Assembly (NCBI GenBank): GCA_963792585.1
Contig: CAWBWI010000006.1
Coordinates: forward strand, 864,001-928,000
Origin: Candidatus Eiseniibacteriota bacterium
GTDB taxonomy: Bacteria > Eisenbacteria > RBG-16-71-46 > CAIMUX01 > VGJL01
Length of the DNA: 64,000 nt
Reading direction: 5' to 3'
Every line of letters starts with the position of its first letter. The first letter of the stretch is position 1. A program made the translations under genes and the position numbers. The notes below the pieces were generated by a model. It made no database searches. It worked only from the letters and a program-made list of their open reading frames with translations, and was not told the origin of the DNA. Shown here in pieces: positions 9,676 through 21,871 of this stretch.

Positions 9676-10608
9676 ATGTTGAAGAGGCGATCCTGCGGTG
9701 CGGTCGTCATGGTTGCGTGTGGATTGCTGCTCAGCGGGATTACCACGGAGTCGGCGAACGCCGCCAAGAAGACATCGAACCGGATCCGCCCCACGACGAG
9801 CGCCGGAAGCGTGAAGGTCCTGATCGGGAAGAAGTCAGGAACCTACTTCAAGGCGACGAAGGCGAAGCCTGTGGAATTCACGATCAGGGGCCCTGCCACG
9901 ATCCGGATCATGTCGCGCTACCTGTTTCCCTCTCCGGAACTGACCAAGACGACATCGTATGGTTTCCGCGTCGAAGTTGGGACGACCGTCCTGCGCACCG
10001 TGACGGAGAAGGCGGGCATCAGCAAGAGCGCCGGCCTCGTGGGGGGCGCAAAGATCGGCACGCTGGAGAAATCGATCATCCGCTTTCCGGCCGGCGCCCA
10101 TCGCGTGCGCATCGTGCCGGTCGACGGAGCGGCGTCGATCGCCGTGAGGGTGCTGAAAGGCACCGGCAAGAAGGCGGCGATCAAATGGACCCCGTTCCAA
10201 CCCGATGCCGGAGCGAAGGCGGTCCGGCTGCACGAAAAGGATCAGGAATCGACTGTCTATCGCTTCAGCACGTCGCAACCGGTCGGTGTCTCTCTTCGCG
10301 GGCCGCTCAAGATGCGGGTGGTCACCCGGCTCGATTTCGGTCTCACAAACGGGGTCACCCAGAGCTACGTCATCAAGGCGACGCTCGACGGGAAGCCGTG
10401 GAAGAGTTTTGCGCAGAAGTCGACGGCGAGCCACACGGCGACCTATCCGGAGCTCACGCAGATCACGCCCGGGAAGGGGCAGACCTTCGTGCTGGACGTT
10501 CCGTCGGGTTCCCACAAAATCCAGCTCGAGTTGACCGGCACCACCGCTGGCGGCGCCTCGGTGCGGATCCAGATCCCGCAGCGGGAACCAAAGACTTCGG
10601 CGCGATAG
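9676..10608 (+). CDS. Secreted, Lys/Arg-rich protein with two tandem beta-rich repeats; last gene of the pgs operon
   Basis: Signal peptide and GGAG RBS. Internal repeat YFKATKAKPVEFTIRGPATIRIMSR vs YRFSTSQPVGVSLRGPLKMRVVTR, with later FPAGAHRVRI vs VPSGSHKIQL. Confidence 0.75.
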   Translation: MLKRRSCGAVVMVACGLLLSGITTESANAAKKTSNRIRPTTSAGSVKVLIGKKSGTYFKATKAKPVEFTIRGPATIRIMSRYLFPSPELTKTTSYGFRVEVGTTVLRTVTEKAGISKSAGLVGGAKIGTLEKSIIRFPAGAHRVRIVPVDGAASIAVRVLKGTGKKAAIKWTPFQPDAGAKAVRLHEKDQESTVYRFSTSQPVGVSLRGPLKMRVVTRLDFGLTNGVTQSYVIKATLDGKPWKSFAQKSTASHTATYPELTQITPGKGQTFVLDVPSGSHKIQLELTGTTAGGASVRIQIPQREPKTSAR

Positions 10609-10703
10609 GCTCCCACTCGGGAGCCGGATGATGGGGGCGCGCTCGGCGCCCCTATTGCCGTCGGAGCCGGCGGCCCGCCGACGAGGAACCCGCAGATGCG
10701 CAA

Positions 10704-10745
10704 CGGGCGCCCGAGATCAACGATCCCGGAGCGCCCGCGCTCTTC
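10704..10745. terminator. GC-rich hairpin between convergent operons
   Basis: GGGCGC-CCG-AGATC-aac-GATCC-CGG-a-GCGCCC imperfect inverted repeat. Confidence 0.35.
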
Positions 10746-10794
10746 CCAACCCCGGAAGAGCTTCGTTACGACCGTGCGGCCCCCGCCTTCCGCG

Positions 10795-11787
10795 CTAAGC
10801 CTCCCACCCTTGCAAGATCTGGATATAATTCGCCCGCTCGTAGGCTTTCGGATCCGGCGACTTCAGAAGGTTCATGCTGCCCTGCATCTGCCGGAGCGAT
10901 TCGTACTCGTGCTCCTCCATCCAGCGTCCCAATCCCTCGAGGAGCTTCTTCAGTTCCGCCGGCCCGTGCATGAGCAAGGCCGATACCATCTGGACGGCGT
11001 GGGCGCCCGTCATCACCGCCTTCACCGCATCCACCGCGGAGTGCACCCCCCCGGAGACGGCGAGCGAGGGGCGAAGGTGACCTGAGAGGATCGCCAACCA
11101 CCGCAGCCGCAGGTTCAGTTCCGTCGAGGTGGAGTAGTGGAGGGTCCTGCGGACCTCGAGCGCATCCACGTCGATGTCCGGCTGATAGAAGCGATTGAAC
11201 AGCACCAGGCCGTCCGCGCCGGCCGCGTCGAGCCGACGGGCAAAGTGCGGGAGCGAGGAGTAGAACGGCGAGAGCTTCACCGCCACCGGAATCGTCACGG
11301 CCTTCTTGACCTCCTGCACCATGTCGACTGCGGTGTTCTCGACCTCCGTCGAACCCACCGTCGGGTCGGTCGGCAGGTAGTAGACGTTCAACTCGAGCGC
11401 GTTGGCCCCCGCCTGCTGCATCTGCTTCGCATAGGAGAGCCAGCCCCCCGTCGTGACCCCGTTGAGGGAGGCGATGACGGGGATCTTCACGGCGCTCTTG
11501 ATCTTGCGGATCTGGGCGAGATAGTCATCGGGGCCCAGCCGGTAGGCTTCGGGGCGGGGGAAATAGGAGGTCGCTTCCGCGAACGACTCCGCGTGCGCGT
11601 CGACATTGCGGAGAGAGGCTGACTGCTCCTGCGTGATCTGCTCCTCGAAGAGCGAGTTCATGACGATCGCGGACGCGCCCGCATCCTCGAGGCGTCGGAC
11701 CATATCGAGATCGGTGGCCATCGGGGAGGCACCCGGCATGATCGGGTGCGCGAGCTTCAACCCCAGGTAAGTCGTCGAGAGATCCAT
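10795..11787 (-). CDS. Dihydroorotate dehydrogenase-like FMN protein (PFOR-associated type)
   Basis: MDLSTTYLGLKL.HPI..GASP, SLFEEQI, IPVIASLNG, ALELN, PVAVKLSP, LVLFNRFYQPD, SGGVH. Immediately downstream of nifJ. Confidence 0.9.
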   Translation of the reverse strand: MDLSTTYLGLKLAHPIMPGASPMATDLDMVRRLEDAGASAIVMNSLFEEQITQEQSASLRNVDAHAESFAEATSYFPRPEAYRLGPDDYLAQIRKIKSAVKIPVIASLNGVTTGGWLSYAKQMQQAGANALELNVYYLPTDPTVGSTEVENTAVDMVQEVKKAVTIPVAVKLSPFYSSLPHFARRLDAAGADGLVLFNRFYQPDIDVDALEVRRTLHYSTSTELNLRLRWLAILSGHLRPSLAVSGGVHSAVDAVKAVMTGAHAVQMVSALLMHGPAELKKLLEGLGRWMEEHEYESLRQMQGSMNLLKSPDPKAYERANYIQILQGWEA

Positions 11788-11796
11788 CGTCCCCTC

Positions 11797-15401
<3,605 letters not shown>

Positions 15402-15804
15402 GGAGTCCCTCCTAGAGAGCAACGGAACAGAAGGCGTCCGTCCGACCGGCATTCCGTTCGGACGCGCGACGCCACCCGGAGCGCTTCGTGAACTCAGGTC
15501 TGGGGATGGATATGCGGAAGCCCGCGCGCTCGGGCGCGCGTCGACGGCTCAGGTTGGACACGTCGTGCACCCCACACCCCACGTCCCGATGAGCGCCGGA
15601 TCCCTGACCCGGTCGCCGAGACCAGCTGAGCGGCCGCCCAAACTTCAAGGAGGCGGCCGAGGCGGCCCCCCGGCCTTTGATCGACCGGAGCCGGGTCACC
15701 CTTCACTCGTCTCCCAGAGGCCGACGGTAGAACATCCTCAAGTGAGTGGCAACCTCTTCCCCGCGCTTTCCTTTTATCGATGCCAGCGCTGAATAAGACT
15801 AACT

Positions 15805-15941
15805 AATATATCCATTGGATAGATGTGTAGGACCCATAGGCAGTTAGCTATTGCATTAGACCCCCTAAACGGTGGTATCCATTCTTTCGCAGGGACTCGT
15901 GTAAGGAACACGGCCGCGAGGGCCGATGGTGTCCCTGGATA
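15805..15941. promoter_or_regulatory. AT-rich divergent control region between nifJ and the cytochrome locus, with repeated TATCCA boxes
   Basis: Palindrome TATCCA-T-TGGATA at 15809-15821, a second TATCCATT at 15876-15883 and TGGATA at 15936-15941. Confidence 0.35.
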
Positions 15942-16061
15942 GGTGGGGCGAGGGCTGTCCCGCCCCGACTACGCGAGAGGGCCGCTCGCGTCGATCGGTA
16001 CGTTCATCTCCTGGATGGGCAGCGCAGGTGCGTTGACTGCCTCGGGGAAAAGGAGGTCCGA

Positions 16062-17744
16062 ATGAGAGTGCGTCCCCTCATCGCGGGGTTGTTGATCCTG
16101 GTTGCCGTCGGATTCGCTGGATGCAGCGACGACGACAACGACAACAACCCGACACCACCGGCGTTGACCGCCGAGATCGCCGCGCCTGCAACGACGACGA
16201 CCGGCGCCATCGTCACCTTGATCGCCACGGCGTCGCCGGCCGGTTCGGGTTACACCTACGCTTGGACCGCGAGCGGCGGTATCCTGCGCGCCGCGGGCAA
16301 CGACACGACGCAGTGGGTCGCTCCTGATGACGACGGAACCTACGAGATCTCCGTCGTGATCGGGGACGGCACCAAGTCGGCGACGACGAAGAAGTCGATC
16401 GTCGCATCGAACTATGTCGCTGCGGTCGAACCGCACTACGTCGGCGGTGAGACATGCAAGACCTGCCATAACGCGGTGCACCAGGATTGGGCCGCTACCG
16501 GGCACGCGGGCGCCCTCGCCACGCTGGTCGCCGAGGGTATGGGGGCGAACACGTTCTGTCTCCCATGCCACACCGTTGGATACAACACGGCGACCGCCAA
16601 TGGTGGATTCGACGAGCAGGCGGTGCCGAGACTCGCAAACGTCCAGTGCGAGAACTGCCACGGTCCTGGAAGCGCCCACGCGGGCAATCCAAGTGTTGTG
16701 AAGCCTCCGAAGTCGGTCGAGGCCTCTCTCTGCGGGAGTTGCCACGAGGGCGAACACCACCCGACCTATTCGGAGTGGGACGAGTCGGGTCACGGCTCGA
16801 TCCTCGAGAACCCAGAGATGGTCGGAGAGGCTGCGCGCGCGGCCTGCGCGAAGTGCCACAATGGTGCGGTGGCCAAGGACTACCTCAACGACCCGGTCAA
16901 CTTCGTCCCGCCCACGTCCGCTCCGACGGACACGCTGGACATCACCTGCGTGGTCTGTCATGACGCGCACGGGAATGACAACAAGTCCAACCTTCGCAAT
17001 GCCGTGCTCGACGTCGCTCTCCCTGATGGCGTCCACCCCGAGGCGGGGGCCGGCCGCCTCTGCATCGCCTGTCACAACCAGCGCCGGACGCCCACCGACA
17101 TCGAAGGTCAGGTCAACGACGGTACGAGTCGCCTCGGCCCGCACCACAGCGTCCAGGGTGACATGCTCGCGGGCTCGGGGGCCTACGAAGCGGTCAACCC
17201 CGCGTTCTCCTTCGCGACCAGCAAGCACGTGATGATCCAGGACGGTTGCATCAGCTGCCACAATCATCACATCCCGTTCGCGCCGGGCGTGCCTGCGTAC
17301 ACCGGCCACGAGTTCAAGCCGGTCAAGGAGGCCTGCCAGCCGTGCCACGGCACGCTCGATTCATTCGAGAGCGTCGCGGCAAAGGATGACTACGACGGTG
17401 ACGGGCAGGTCGAGGGTGTCCAACTGGAGGTCAAGGGGCTGATGTTCGCACTCGCCGAGACGATCATCGAGGCGACCCCTGCGGACAGCACCGCGGATCG
17501 GGCTACGCTCCAGGCGGCGTTGCCGGCGAACGAGGACGAGGCGTACGACGGCTTCATCGGCGCTGTCGGCCCCGCGGGCAACTCAACGCGGGACCAGCGC
17601 ATGGCCGGCTACAACCTCGCCTTCGTGGCCTACGATCAGAGCAAGGGCGTGCACAACGCCGTCTACTCGATCCAGCTTCTCCAGCAAAGCGCTCTGGCGC
17701 TGAACACGGGCAAGCTGGGACACGCCAAGATCTTGGTGGAGTAG
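16062..17744 (+). CDS. Nine-heme c-type cytochrome lipoprotein with N-terminal Ig/PKD-like domain
   Basis: Lipobox FAG|C. Nine CxxCH (CKTCH, CLPCH, CENCH, CGSCH, CAKCH, CVVCH, CIACH, CISCH, CQPCH). C-terminal helical region with D.SKGVHN..Y..QLL. AAGGAGG RBS. Confidence 0.9.
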   Translation: MRVRPLIAGLLILVAVGFAGCSDDDNDNNPTPPALTAEIAAPATTTTGAIVTLIATASPAGSGYTYAWTASGGILRAAGNDTTQWVAPDDDGTYEISVVIGDGTKSATTKKSIVASNYVAAVEPHYVGGETCKTCHNAVHQDWAATGHAGALATLVAEGMGANTFCLPCHTVGYNTATANGGFDEQAVPRLANVQCENCHGPGSAHAGNPSVVKPPKSVEASLCGSCHEGEHHPTYSEWDESGHGSILENPEMVGEAARAACAKCHNGAVAKDYLNDPVNFVPPTSAPTDTLDITCVVCHDAHGNDNKSNLRNAVLDVALPDGVHPEAGAGRLCIACHNQRRTPTDIEGQVNDGTSRLGPHHSVQGDMLAGSGAYEAVNPAFSFATSKHVMIQDGCISCHNHHIPFAPGVPAYTGHEFKPVKEACQPCHGTLDSFESVAAKDDYDGDGQVEGVQLEVKGLMFALAETIIEATPADSTADRATLQAALPANEDEAYDGFIGAVGPAGNSTRDQRMAGYNLAFVAYDQSKGVHNAVYSIQLLQQSALALNTGKLGHAKILVE

Positions 17745-17766
17745 CGCCGTCGAGATCGATGACACT

Positions 17767-17800
17767 CGGAGGGGGCGGGGCAACCCGCCCTCTTCTGTTT
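17767..17800 (+). terminator. Intrinsic terminator after the nine-heme cytochrome
   Basis: GGAGGGGGCGGG-GCAA-CCCGCCCTCTTC stem with GNRA loop followed by TGTTT. Confidence 0.6.
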
Positions 17801-17810
17801 CGCCCTCCAC

Positions 17811-17840
17811 TTGACACAAACGGGAACTCCGATGCAGTCT
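17811..17840 (+). promoter_or_regulatory. Putative sigma70 promoter for the tetraheme cytochrome gene
   Basis: TTGACA-N18-CAGTCT. Confidence 0.35.
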
Positions 17841-17928
17841 AGGTGTGCTTTGGTTGGGTCCCGATCGACCGGGCTGCGGGACCCTACGGGTCATCAAGGG
17901 TTGACGGAGTCGTAGGGAGGCACAAGAG

Positions 17929-18477
17929 ATGCGGTTCTGGTCTTATCTGTCTGTGGCCGGGCTGGTTGCGCTTGTCGTGGCCGCCATGGTCGTCCCCAGC
18001 CTGACTTCCGCCGAGGAGGGGAAGGATGCCGTCGCCGCCAAGTATGTCGGCGTCGGCGCGTGCAAGCCCTGTCACATGGGCGAGGCGAAGGGCAAGATCT
18101 ACGAATCATGGATGGGATCGGCCCACGCGAAGGCGTTCGAGAAACTCGGCGCCGAGAATCAGAAGAATGACGCCTGCCTGGGTTGCCACACGACGGGCAA
18201 GGGCAAGACGATCGCCGCCGGCAAGACGGCTACAGATCTCCAGGGCGTTCAGTGCGAGGCCTGCCACGGCGCGGGCAGCGAGTACAAGGCCCTATCGGTG
18301 ATGAAGGACAAGGCAGCTTCGGCGGCCAAGGGGCTCGTCGCTCCGACCGAGAAGGTCTGCGCAAGCTGCCACACCGGCGCACTTCCCAAGGAGTGCTGGG
18401 CGGGCGCGGCGGCTGCTCCGAAGTTCGTGTTCGCGGAGGCCGCGAAGAAGATCGAGCACCACGTCCCCAAGAAGTAG
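17929..18477 (+). CDS. Periplasmic tetraheme cytochrome c (c554-like)
   Basis: Signal peptide; YVG...CKPCH, SAHAKA, CLGCHTT, VQCEACHG.GS.Y, CASCH; Lys-rich. Confidence 0.9.
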   Translation: MRFWSYLSVAGLVALVVAAMVVPSLTSAEEGKDAVAAKYVGVGACKPCHMGEAKGKIYESWMGSAHAKAFEKLGAENQKNDACLGCHTTGKGKTIAAGKTATDLQGVQCEACHGAGSEYKALSVMKDKAASAAKGLVAPTEKVCASCHTGALPKECWAGAAAAPKFVFAEAAKKIEHHVPKK

Positions 18478-18506
18478 TCGATTCACACGGTTTCGAGATC
18501 TCTGGT

Positions 18507-18543
18507 GCGGCGATCCGGTTGAACCGGGTCGCCGCGCTGTTTA
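18507..18543 (+). terminator. Intrinsic terminator
   Basis: GCGGCGATCCGG-TTGAA-CCGGGTCGCCGC stem followed by GCTGTTT. Confidence 0.55.
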
Positions 18544-18865
18544 ACGCGGGCTCTCCTCCCCCCCCTTATTCGGTGTAGCGAATCAAAATCACAAGATAAG
18601 TATTCTGTGGCCCGTTTCATGCCGATGGGAGAAGTATATTTGCGGTCGTGGTTCGGGTCCGTCCGACCCGGGCTTCACGGATCGCAAGGACTGCGCTCGA
18701 CCAGGCACCGGCCGCCCTGATCGCCGCGGAGTTGGGTAAGAGAGGGTGGTGGGTGTGCGGTTACCGTCGACGATCCTATCGCAGTGCTTTACACCCAACC
18801 CCGCAGGACCCAGAATCTCCAACCGGTCCTCGTCATCCTGCGTCCAAACGCACAGGGGGTTCGTG

Positions 18866-19483
18866 ATGAAACGAGCGAAGCTCGCGGTGTGGCCGATCGC
18901 TTTCCTTTTCCTCGCGCCGCTGGCCTGGAGCGGCTGCGCGAAGAACAGCAGCGATCCGGTGATCCTCAATCCAGGTCCGGGGCAACTGGCGGCCAGGGAA
19001 GGTTTCATCGCCGCGGACCAACGGGTCAATGAGCTGCGGGCGGGTGGGCACCCGGTCATCGCCTGCGCGACGTGCCATTCGTACGCCGTCGGCGGTCCCG
19101 TCAATCGGGACTGCTCCGACTGCCACAGCACGAAGGCGGAAAGCCTGAACCATCCCGCGCTGGCGCGGTGCGTCGACTGCCACATGCCAAGGGCGACGAA
19201 GCAGAAGGCTTCGTCGACGATCTATGCCGCGGACGTTCGGACCCATGTGATCCGTATCCGGCCGGAACCGGAGCGGAAGGGGTCGATGTTCGAAGAAGCC
19301 GACGGGCTCGAAATCGTCGATGTGGGCCCGGGTCTCACCCTCGACCTGGCATGCTACGGCTGCCACAAGGACGAGCGCGGCGTCGGCGGCAACTACAGCC
19401 GCAAGACGTTGAAGCAGCTCGCGGACAAGGCGCCCTACATCCACGCGAACGACGCGGCCCGCATGGGCAAGGAGGGCAAATGA
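18866..19483 (+). CDS. Tetraheme c-type cytochrome lipoprotein
   Basis: Lipobox AWSG|C; CATCH, CSDCH, CVDCH(MP), CYGCH. Stop overlaps the porin start (ATGA). Confidence 0.85.
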   Translation: MKRAKLAVWPIAFLFLAPLAWSGCAKNSSDPVILNPGPGQLAAREGFIAADQRVNELRAGGHPVIACATCHSYAVGGPVNRDCSDCHSTKAESLNHPALARCVDCHMPRATKQKASSTIYAADVRTHVIRIRPEPERKGSMFEEADGLEIVDVGPGLTLDLACYGCHKDERGVGGNYSRKTLKQLADKAPYIHANDAARMGKEGK

Positions 19484-20805
19484 GCAGGCTCAGGGGCTGG
19501 CGGGTCGCGGCGATCATCGTCCTCGCCGCCGGATCGCTCCTCGCAACCAGCGCAGGGGCCTGGCGCCTGAACGGATCGAGCAGCACGGCCGCGTACGTCC
19601 AGGAGGTCGCGAAGACGGGCTTCGAGGACACGTTCGAGAACCGCACGCGCCTCTACGAACGGCTCCGCATCGATGTCATGGAGCTGGCAGATCCGAAGCT
19701 CTCCCTCCACACCTATGGGACGCTGAGCAACGATGTCACGAACCAGAGCCTTGGAGACACGAGGACGCGTCTCTACAACGCCTACCTCCAGTACCGTCCG
19801 GCTCCCGCAGGAACGGACGCCCTGCGCTATGACATCCGGTTGGGCCGCCAGTGGGTCCTCTCGGGCGTGGGTGCGGGCACGATCGACGGGCTCATGGTTT
19901 CGACCGATCGTCCGGGATGGGGCGGCCTGACGCTCTTCGGGGGCACCCTGGGAATGGACACGCGGGACCAACTCCGATTCGACGCGCCGAAGGACTCGCG
20001 TCGTTTCGGCGGCGACCTGCGCATCCTACCCCGCGTCTCGGAGGGATACGAACCCGAACTCGGCGTGAGCTTCGCGGCGACGAGCCGCAACGACGTCGAC
20101 GAGAACCAGAAGATCGGCGCGCGGGCCGCCCTTCGCGTCCGTCGGCAGCTGCGGCTATGGACCGAAGTCCGCCACGACCTCCTGCTCGATCGAACCTATG
20201 GGACGGCGGCCGGAGTCGAGTTCCTGAAGCCCGACAAGCAAATGCGCCTGTGGGCGGAGTTCAACCGCAGGACTCCTGCGTTCCCGGCGACCTCATTCTT
20301 CTCGGTCTGGGATACGAAGCCGGTCTCGGACGTCCGGGGCGGCGTCGGCATGGGAGTCGCGGGACCGGTTCGGTTGATCCTCGACTTCACGCGAACCGAC
20401 TTCCGCGCACAGACGAAGTACGTCGACGTGGGGGGCGCACAGGTCAGCCGCTCGAAGGTCGATCGCGCGACCTCCTATAGGGTCGTCCTCGAGCGCAACG
20501 CGGCGCAGATCGGAGTCCGGTTCTCCAGCGGCTTCGGCGGCGACCGGACGGGTCTGGTCGCATCCTTGAACCAGGATATCGGGGAGCGCGTGAACGTGAA
20601 CCTCGATCTCGGCTACGAAACCTACGACTACGGATCCAACGCGTACGAGGACAACACCGCGACGACCGGGATCCTCGCGCTGAGCTACAAGGCGGCCCGG
20701 AACACCCGCATCACCACACAGATCGAGGCCATGAACAACCGAGACCTCAAGCAGGACATCCGCCTGCTCGCCCGCGTCGACCAGCGCTTCCGGCTGGGAC
20801 GCTAG
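19480..20805 (+). CDS. Outer-membrane beta-barrel protein, putative porin of a porin-cytochrome conduit
   Basis: Signal peptide (AGA|W). Many alternating amphipathic beta strands (RLYNAYLQY, IRLGRQW, IDGL), no Cys, C-terminal strand ARVDQRF. Flanked by multiheme cytochrome genes. Confidence 0.8.
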   Translation: MSRLRGWRVAAIIVLAAGSLLATSAGAWRLNGSSSTAAYVQEVAKTGFEDTFENRTRLYERLRIDVMELADPKLSLHTYGTLSNDVTNQSLGDTRTRLYNAYLQYRPAPAGTDALRYDIRLGRQWVLSGVGAGTIDGLMVSTDRPGWGGLTLFGGTLGMDTRDQLRFDAPKDSRRFGGDLRILPRVSEGYEPELGVSFAATSRNDVDENQKIGARAALRVRRQLRLWTEVRHDLLLDRTYGTAAGVEFLKPDKQMRLWAEFNRRTPAFPATSFFSVWDTKPVSDVRGGVGMGVAGPVRLILDFTRTDFRAQTKYVDVGGAQVSRSKVDRATSYRVVLERNAAQIGVRFSSGFGGDRTGLVASLNQDIGERVNVNLDLGYETYDYGSNAYEDNTATTGILALSYKAARNTRITTQIEAMNNRDLKQDIRLLARVDQRFRLGR

Positions 20806-20820
20806 CAAGGAGACCGAACC

Positions 20821-21855
20821 ATGAAGCGAATCGATCATCTGCGGGTGCTCCTGATCTCGCTGGGTGCGGTGACGCTCGCGATGTTCCTGACCGTCAACGG
20901 GCGCGCGGGCTGGACCTTCCCACACGCGAAGCACTCCGAGGCCTCCGGCGTCGCCTGCGCGGACTGTCACACGTCCGCCGCGCAGAGTACGTCGGGCAAG
21001 GACGACCTCCGTCCGAAGACCGACACCTGCGTCAACTGCCATACGCCCGAAGACCTCACGAACTACGGATACGTCGAACCGGGCAAGCGATCGAGCGGTT
21101 TCCCGAAGTTCTCGCACGAGCAACACCTCGCGATCGATGGGACGGACTGCGCCTACTGCCACGGCTCGCTGACCGATCTGAAGCTGGTCGGCACGGGCAA
21201 GGGGCAGATCGGCCATGCCGTCTGCTTCGAGTGCCACGACGGGACGAAGGCCCCGAACGAGTGCGAGGGTTGCCACGCCAACATCGAGAAGGTGCGGCCT
21301 CTCGATCATGCTCCGGACTATCTTCACAGCCACCAGTTCTCGGCCCGCGGTGCGGCGGAGAAGTGCGAGGAATGCCACCGTCAGAGCACGCTGTGCAGCG
21401 ATTGCCACACGGGCGACAACGTCCTCTTCAGCAGCCACGACCGGAACTTCGTATTCACGCACGCGGAAGCGGCGCGCAAGCACGAGAGCGATTGCCTCTC
21501 CTGCCACAACCAGCAGACCTGCAACGACTGTCACATGCAGGAGCGCGTGAAGCCGACGAATCACGGCTCCAACTGGACCTCGGGCACAAACCAGCACGCC
21601 ACCGAGGCCAAGCGTGACATCGGCTACTGCGCAAGCTGCCACGAGCAGGACGACCCGGTCTGCATCGTCTGCCATCGCGACGCGCGCACCGGCAAGGGGA
21701 ACGACACAAGCATCCATCCGAGCGATTTCAACGATTACGACGTCAAGGGGCCGTGGCACGACGACGATTCGTATTTCTGCTACGACTGCCACAGGAAGAG
21801 CCAGGCAACGGACGGGTTCTGCGGCTATTGCCATAGCGCGGATCGCAAGGACTGA
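20821..21855 (+). CDS. Periplasmic 13-heme cytochrome c (c3/c7-like repeats)
   Basis: Signal peptide; 13 CxxCH in 344 aa; F.H..H distal-His motifs; repeating di-heme units H....H...AR....CxxCH....CxxCH. Confidence 0.9.
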   Translation: MKRIDHLRVLLISLGAVTLAMFLTVNGRAGWTFPHAKHSEASGVACADCHTSAAQSTSGKDDLRPKTDTCVNCHTPEDLTNYGYVEPGKRSSGFPKFSHEQHLAIDGTDCAYCHGSLTDLKLVGTGKGQIGHAVCFECHDGTKAPNECEGCHANIEKVRPLDHAPDYLHSHQFSARGAAEKCEECHRQSTLCSDCHTGDNVLFSSHDRNFVFTHAEAARKHESDCLSCHNQQTCNDCHMQERVKPTNHGSNWTSGTNQHATEAKRDIGYCASCHEQDDPVCIVCHRDARTGKGNDTSIHPSDFNDYDVKGPWHDDDSYFCYDCHRKSQATDGFCGYCHSADRKD

Positions 21856-21871
21856 CGGAGGACCGAACCAC

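Noticed and set aside
10795..11787. Canonical pyrD
   Set aside because: Matches the PFOR-associated DHOD-like subfamily (SLFEEQI, LFNRFYQPD), lacks the NxSCPN loop and has no pyr neighbours
15402..16061. GEMM (c-di-GMP/cGAMP) riboswitch or FNR/Rex site upstream of the cytochromes
   Set aside because: No GGCAAA...GAAA...GACGCAAAG, TTGAT-N4-ATCAA or TTGTGAA-N4-TTCACAA match that I could find
16062..17744. NrfA / octaheme nitrite reductase
   Set aside because: No CxxCK active-site heme motif; all nine are CxxCH
17929..18477. Ammonia/hydroxylamine oxidation pathway from a c554-like gene
   Set aside because: No hao or amo nearby; c554-like tetrahemes are generic carriers
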